Virus record (IMG/VR): IMGVR_UViG_3300016471_000749
Location: 1 to 48,713 of that record
DNA from: a virus
Lineage: Duplodnaviria; Caudoviricetes
Direction: 5' to 3' (one strand)
DNA length: 48,713 nucleotides
Positions 43,571-48,713 of the stretch are shown in pieces (position 1 is the stretch's first letter; each line of letters starts with the position of its first letter). Made by a program: the position numbers and the translations under genes. The notes beneath the pieces are model-generated. The model was not told where the DNA came from. It was given only the letters and a program-made list of their open reading frames with translations, and made no database searches.

Positions 43571-45226
43571 ATGCCAGCAAGTCGCAATTTTTCCAACGTA
43601 AATGTAGGTACAACTGCCAATGATGGTACCGGAGACCTACTAAGAGATTCCTTCGTTAAGATTAATAATAATTTAAATTCTGCCTATAGTAGTGGGCAGT
43701 TTTTAGCATTCGGTACCGATGGTAGATTGAATCCCGGATACACCTGGGCAAACGATAAAGATACCGGTATGTATAGGCCAGGGTCAGGAAAAATTGGATT
43801 TGCTTTAAATGGTGCAGAATCACTAGTATTGAATGATGACGGAACCTTAAATTGGTTTGGTTCAAAACTAGCTACAGAAAATTATGTTGCAGCACAATTA
43901 GCTTCTTTCACAGGAGGAGTTAGTGGAGGAAATGTTACTGTTGTTGTAGACGGCGGAGGAGGTGGTGGAGGAGGCGGTGGAAGTAATGTTACTGTTACTG
44001 TCAATGGAATACCTGTAGTATCCTCATTACCAACGACAGGAAATTATGAAGGTAGATTCGCATTCTATAATGGTGATGTTTGGATTTTCTCTTGCTATCC
44101 TTCAGGGAATGGATTAGGAAAACCTGCAGATCCTTCAATAGGAAGAGAAGCAGGATCCGATTGCAGATGGACAAGATTCAGAGGTGAAGGTGCAGTAACC
44201 GTGGGTACAACTTTGCCCGCAACTGGCGTTGAAGGGCAGACTTTCTATGAGACATCTTCTAATACTTTATATTACTGGATCAATGGGCAATGGAAAACTG
44301 CCGCAGCAGTTATCACACCGGACGCTCCCGCGGGATTAGAAGTATTAGCAACGCTACCATTAGTTTCAGATCCTAATAATTTTGAAGGTCGTACAGTGGT
44401 GGTGGGTAGCGCAGTCTATATCTTTATCAGCGGAGCGTGGCAAGACTTCAATAACTATCTAACCCCGACTGCTTCAGCCGGCGTGCCCGCAGGAACAGTT
44501 TTCCCATCTACCGCAACTGCTAAAACTGGAGAAGTTTTTAGAAAAGAAGGGGCTAATGCAGGACTGTATGTTTTTGATGGTACGGGTTGGGCCACGATTT
44601 CCGCATATACAAGACAAGTAGGTAGTACTGCAGGTATCAGAACATTATCATCTTTACCAAGTGCGGCAGTAACCGCATCGTCATACAATGCAGGCGATCT
44701 ATTGATTGTTGGTGGAGTAGTCTACATCTTAAATTCCACAAAAACTAGTTGGGATTTCTTCACACCTGGAGGTGCAGGTGGTTCCATAACTGCAGTAACA
44801 GTTACCGCAGGATCAATAGGAACTCAAGAATTGGCTGCTAATGCTGTCACTGCAGCAAAGATATTAGCTGGTTCTATTATAAGTGAAAAGATTCAAGCAA
44901 ATGCTATTACCAGCAGAGAAATATCTTCGGATGCTATTTCTGCTAGACATATTAGCTCGAACACCATTACCGCAGCAAAAATACAAGTTGGTGCAATTGG
45001 CACAGCACAGATAGCAGCTAATGCTATTACTAGTAATTTAATAGCAGCCGGTTCTATTACTGCAGGAAAATTAGCAGTAGGAGCCATTAATGCTGAGAAT
45101 ATTCAAGCAGCCAATTTGTCCGTTATAACTCAAAATGCAGGAAGGATTACTGCAGGTGTATTGCAGTCGGGCGATGGAAGAATGGTTATAGATTTGAATA
45201 ACAAATTTATTAGAATTGAAATTTAA
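43571..45226 (+). CDS. tail fibre / baseplate-attached fibre protein
   Basis: N-terminal NVGTTANDGTGD.LR..F.KINNN (T4 gp9/gp10-like anchor), Gly10 linker, repeated V..LP...EG modules, C-terminal A.AIT..KI repeats. Confidence 0.8.
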   Translation: MPASRNFSNVNVGTTANDGTGDLLRDSFVKINNNLNSAYSSGQFLAFGTDGRLNPGYTWANDKDTGMYRPGSGKIGFALNGAESLVLNDDGTLNWFGSKLATENYVAAQLASFTGGVSGGNVTVVVDGGGGGGGGGGSNVTVTVNGIPVVSSLPTTGNYEGRFAFYNGDVWIFSCYPSGNGLGKPADPSIGREAGSDCRWTRFRGEGAVTVGTTLPATGVEGQTFYETSSNTLYYWINGQWKTAAAVITPDAPAGLEVLATLPLVSDPNNFEGRTVVVGSAVYIFISGAWQDFNNYLTPTASAGVPAGTVFPSTATAKTGEVFRKEGANAGLYVFDGTGWATISAYTRQVGSTAGIRTLSSLPSAAVTASSYNAGDLLIVGGVVYILNSTKTSWDFFTPGGAGGSITAVTVTAGSIGTQELAANAVTAAKILAGSIISEKIQANAITSREISSDAISARHISSNTITAAKIQVGAIGTAQIAANAITSNLIAAGSITAGKLAVGAINAENIQAANLSVITQNAGRITAGVLQSGDGRMVIDLNNKFIRIEI

Positions 45227-45235
45227 GGATGATAA

Positions 45236-45883
45236 ATGCTTGGACACAATTTACCTGATGAGCTTTACGGATTACTTGAAAAAACAAAACAATTATACAT
45301 AGGACAAACTGAAGGAAGACCTGAAGTAGTAAAAAGCCTAGATGATTGTATTGCAATAATTTTGAAAAAAGATGATGAACTAGTATTTTCTTTATCTGAA
45401 GAAGATAGAGAATTGATGAATACTAATAACAAAATCTTAGTTACGGTAGGTTCTTCCAAGGATATTTCTGAAGTATATTTCCCTGAAAGATATTTTGAGA
45501 ATACGAATTTAGTAGGAAGACCTTTCCTACATGGTATATTCGATTGCTATACCTTAATAAAAGATTATTATAGAAGAAACTTTAATTTAATATTGCCTAC
45601 AAATTTACAAAGAACATGGGAATGGTGGACACAGGGAGAAAATCTATATGTTGATAATGCAAGCAAATATGGATTTTATGAAGTTTCAGAAATAAAAAAG
45701 AATGATGTACTAATTATGAAAATACAAAGTCCTGTTCCTAACCATGCTGCAATATATCTAGGGGATAATAAAATATTACATCACATCGGAGGAAAATTTT
45801 CTTGTATACAAGATTTAGTTCCTTCTTTAAAATTTAAAATTTCTATAGTTTATAGGAACAAGGAAATAGTAAATGACAACTAA
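45236..45883 (+). CDS. NlpC/P60 protein (lambda gpK-like tail assembly protein)
   Basis: LVGRPFLHGIFDCYTLIKDYY (catalytic Cys), PNHAAIYLGD..ILHH. Confidence 0.88.
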   Translation: MLGHNLPDELYGLLEKTKQLYIGQTEGRPEVVKSLDDCIAIILKKDDELVFSLSEEDRELMNTNNKILVTVGSSKDISEVYFPERYFENTNLVGRPFLHGIFDCYTLIKDYYRRNFNLILPTNLQRTWEWWTQGENLYVDNASKYGFYEVSEIKKNDVLIMKIQSPVPNHAAIYLGDNKILHHIGGKFSCIQDLVPSLKFKISIVYRNKEIVNDN

Positions 45884-46403
45884 TGTATTCTATGCTGGAA
45901 GATTCGGCGGAACAAATGTTGTCTCGATATTTACAAATCCTGCAGGGCAAACAGGAAGTAATACCCCGTTAAGTAATCCTACGGCTAATTTAAATAGAAT
46001 ATTGTTTGATACTAGATTTGATTACTTAAATATAGTATACACTTCAAATTTTGTCAGAACATATAATTTTGTAGATGTCAATAGGCAAAGTTCGGGTAAA
46101 AAAGGAAAAAGCAGTGCAGAAGTACCCATCCAAGGAGATAGTTTAACTACTGTGGCTAGTCATGGTTTAGGGTATATACCCGGAGCTATACTTGTAGATT
46201 TTGATACTAGAGAAGCAATCTCAGGAAATTCTTTTATACAGAATGAGGATAATGCCTCATTCAGATTCATATATCTTTTCGCAGATGAAAATAATTTTTA
46301 TATTAAAGAAAAATACTTTGTTAGATTACTTCCTTTACCTTCGTTGACTAGAAGATATACTATTTACGCATTTAATAATCCAGCAACAGTACCTTCATTC
46401 TAA
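45873..46403 (+). CDS. putative tail-associated protein
   Basis: Beta-rich ORF in the fibre operon; HGLGYIP motif. Confidence 0.7.
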   Translation: MTTNVFYAGRFGGTNVVSIFTNPAGQTGSNTPLSNPTANLNRILFDTRFDYLNIVYTSNFVRTYNFVDVNRQSSGKKGKSSAEVPIQGDSLTTVASHGLGYIPGAILVDFDTREAISGNSFIQNEDNASFRFIYLFADENNFYIKEKYFVRLLPLPSLTRRYTIYAFNNPATVPSF

Positions 46404-46404
46404 A

Positions 46405-47553
46405 ATGGCAAATTTACTTTTAATTACTGCTGATAGAGTAACCATAAGTGATGTATTTGATACTAACAGACAGTATCTATACAAAGATCCTTCGCCTCCG
46501 GTTGTTGGACAAGATGCAGTTTTCACTAAAGTTTTTAAACCAGAATCACTAAGGATATTTCAGGAAACTGAAGCAGGTACTAGATTAAGCGAATATGAAA
46601 ATGAGAGATTTTTATTGGGTCCGAACCCAATACCTGCATCGGGCCCCTTTCTTGAAAATTTATGTATAGACGGAAATCCAAATACCTTAAACTTTAGAAA
46701 CCTATTGCTATTAGATAAACCTCCGTTAAGAACAGGATTTTTTCAATTCTTTATTAATGATATTAGCTTTACCGGTTTGATAACTAGAACCTCAACCTAC
46801 GATGAATGGCATTGGGAACAGAATGGTTATTATTATGGGTACGTCAAAAAATCAGGCAAGGGATATGGTATAGAGATAAGTAAAAATTCTCTGTATAGCG
46901 TAGAACAAATAGAAATACCGGATGCTGATAGTAGCAGGACAGAATATGTTTATAAACCTACTGCCCTTCTTTTAGCTTTAAGAAATTTAAAAGGCGGCGA
47001 AGAAATAATATCTACGGCAACCCCCGCAGATCCCAATACATATCTACAGTCATTACCAGGATTAACTACGTTAGAACAGTTTCCGGATGGTTTGGATTTA
47101 TATTATATCTCTGCTGCGGATGCCCTTAGATATGTGGCAAGTTATCCAGATTTGATACAATCAATAGGGACAAATGTTACGAAGGCACAGTTTGAATATG
47201 CAAAAAATCCTAAACAAATATTATTCAATCCCATATCATATTTAAATAAATATGCGGATTTGAAACAGGCATATGGTTATGATACATATGCAGTAACAAT
47301 TCATTATATTCAATCAGGGTATAATGAGGGAAGAACATATGATTCTGCTAGCGGAATAAATTATATTTCCGGAGGATTATATGATGAGAGATCTGGAGGA
47401 TTTTCTCTATCATCAGATAGTTTAATATGGGCAAATGGAGAAACTATATCCGGTAAAGGAAAATCTCTTACTTATAAGTTTGGAGGAGTTTCCTATTATT
47501 TAAATGGTAATTTGCCGGTGGATAATAAGTTAGTTTTCTTGAAGGTGCACTGA
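46405..47553 (+). CDS. putative tail-associated protein with two Y(V/L)xxYxDL repeats
   Basis: LRYVASYPDLIQSIG and SYLNKYADLKQAYG...HYIQSGYNEGR. Confidence 0.75.
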   Translation: MANLLLITADRVTISDVFDTNRQYLYKDPSPPVVGQDAVFTKVFKPESLRIFQETEAGTRLSEYENERFLLGPNPIPASGPFLENLCIDGNPNTLNFRNLLLLDKPPLRTGFFQFFINDISFTGLITRTSTYDEWHWEQNGYYYGYVKKSGKGYGIEISKNSLYSVEQIEIPDADSSRTEYVYKPTALLLALRNLKGGEEIISTATPADPNTYLQSLPGLTTLEQFPDGLDLYYISAADALRYVASYPDLIQSIGTNVTKAQFEYAKNPKQILFNPISYLNKYADLKQAYGYDTYAVTIHYIQSGYNEGRTYDSASGINYISGGLYDERSGGFSLSSDSLIWANGETISGKGKSLTYKFGGVSYYLNGNLPVDNKLVFLKVH

Positions 47554-48035
47554 TGGGTATAGATTTAAGAAGTACTAATTTTACGATAAAAGATGGTAGC
47601 GGTAATACTAAATTTTCTACAGAAAGAAGAATACCTCACCTTTTGTATAATATACCAGGTGTAATAAGTGTACCGACTATATTAGGACCTAATCCATCTG
47701 CAGTTACCGTGGAAAGAACAGATGAATTTATTTTAATTAATAATAACAATATTACCACAAATGATTATTTCGTGTTACCCTTTTTTAGAATAAACGGTGG
47801 GCCCGCAGAATCGGGAAATAGCGTACTGACCGGGGGAGGTTCTGTTTTACTTAGGATAATTAGACAACCTAGCACTGGTTTATATCTAGGTTCAACTATC
47901 TTAAATACTGTGGTTGAAAATGGAACTTTAAAATTAGTTTGCAAACAAAATTTAGATAAAACAGGATATACGAACATTGAAGGTGACGATATTATCAATG
48001 TTGCATATAGAGTATACTACGGGAGATTTCAATGA
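47553..48035 (+). CDS. putative tail-associated protein
   Basis: TGATG-coupled, beta-rich ORF. Confidence 0.7.
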   Translation: MGIDLRSTNFTIKDGSGNTKFSTERRIPHLLYNIPGVISVPTILGPNPSAVTVERTDEFILINNNNITTNDYFVLPFFRINGGPAESGNSVLTGGGSVLLRIIRQPSTGLYLGSTILNTVVENGTLKLVCKQNLDKTGYTNIEGDDIINVAYRVYYGRFQ

Positions 48036-48247
48036 TTAATATTACAAATTTGTCTGTGAATTTTGCAGATAACGTAACAAAGGTTACCTTAGAAATTTAT
48101 GAAACTAAAGGATCAGTGGAGAGATTGCGAGATAAACTCGTTGTCAATCTAGTAGGAAGATATCAAAGTATAAATGATGAGCTATATTCCATTATAAACG
48201 AAGAATTAGTTAAAAATGGATTTAACTATAATCAAACTGTAGGATAA
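48032..48247 (+). CDS. hypothetical protein
   Basis: ATGA-coupled, GGGAG RBS. Confidence 0.65.
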   Translation: MINITNLSVNFADNVTKVTLEIYETKGSVERLRDKLVVNLVGRYQSINDELYSIINEELVKNGFNYNQTVG

Positions 48248-48253
48248 TAAATA
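48245..48253 (+). promoter_or_regulatory. late-promoter-like motif
   Basis: TAATAAATA upstream of the last gene. Confidence 0.55.
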
Positions 48254-48275
48254 TTAGAGTTAAGGAACTCTATAC

Positions 48276-48713
48276 ATGGCCATTACGCAAAATTTAACAA
48301 TAAATCAAGGTTCTACCTTTCAACGTTATCTGCAATATGTGGATAATGCAGGCAATCCTGTCGATTTGACAGGATATTTCCTACGGGGAACTTTGCGAGA
48401 ATCATATCAAGCTTTAAATGCTTTTAGCTTGAGTATAGACTATGCAAACGTTACTACAGGAAATATATCGATATCTTTGACTTCAAATGAAACATCCGTA
48501 TTAGATACTACCAGATACGTATATGACATCGAAGCATATAGTTCGTCTCTAGGAACTATACGATTATTTGAAGGTATAGTCACGGTTAATGCTGGAGTTT
48601 CACAATTAAGTAGAACTACTTATCTAGTAAATAAAGAAACGTTAATTACTGGCAATGTTATACCTAAACAGAATGAAGTTTTTAGTTTAGGTACACCGGA
48701 AATGCGATGGAAA
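48276..48713 (+). CDS. virion structural protein, truncated by the window end
   Basis: AAGGA RBS; MAITQNLTINQGSTF...DLTGY...R...YVYDIE...R..EG.VTV..GV; open to the window edge. Confidence 0.8.
   Translation, partial: MAITQNLTINQGSTFQRYLQYVDNAGNPVDLTGYFLRGTLRESYQALNAFSLSIDYANVTTGNISISLTSNETSVLDTTRYVYDIEAYSSSLGTIRLFEGIVTVNAGVSQLSRTTYLVNKETLITGNVIPKQNEVFSLGTPEMRWK

Noticed and set aside
43951-43980. GGN repeat run
   Set aside because: Mixed Gly codons encoding a Gly10 linker; not a homopolymer or phase-variation tract.
44810-45110. Repeats in the tail fibre 3' end as a possible DGR or shufflon target
   Set aside because: These are protein-level A.AIT..KI repeats with divergent DNA; no reverse transcriptase, invertase or near-identical template repeat was seen.
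652-47998. Numerous 60-180 aa antisense or alternate-frame ORFs in the ORF track (e.g. 770-1198, 9835-10383, 12164-12583, 23265-23561)
   Set aside because: They are contained within well-supported genes on the other strand or frame, and lack RBSs and recognisable motifs.

Overview
A 48.7 kb, AT-rich, gene-dense segment of a large T4-like myovirus genome. It does not look like a cellular chromosome. The left ~21 kb (+ strand) carries early/middle genes: Nudix, an MBD4-like glycosylase, RNase H, DsbA, DNA ligase, a DenV-like glycosylase, an NDP-sugar modification cluster, PhoH, an M15 peptidase, an exonuclease, a circularly permuted two-piece tmRNA, a 2OG-Fe(II) oxygenase/heme oxygenase/bilin reductase cassette, and gp33, gp59 and gp32. 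A minus-strand block follows (gp4, gp2, tail-tube-fold protein, gp26, gp51-like ORF, tape-measure-like protein), then a + strand baseplate and fibre module (gp48, gp53, hub, gp5, gp25, gp6, split gp7-like, gp8, split DUF4815/VrlC-like, tail fibre, NlpC/P60). The most striking signals are at the RNA and translation level. (1) A complete tRNA-Cys(GCA) with encoded CCA occupies exactly 26 in-frame codons inside a protein-coding gene. (2) The gene just upstream has a dnaX-like -1 frameshift cassette (SD, A_AAA_AAG, 6 nt spacer, stem-loop) that opens a start-less 52-codon extension. (3) A second -1 frameshift cassette would fuse gp26 to a gp51-like ORF just before the tape measure gene. (4) The phage encodes its own permuted tmRNA. 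All family assignments come from recalled motifs and synteny; no database searches were run.
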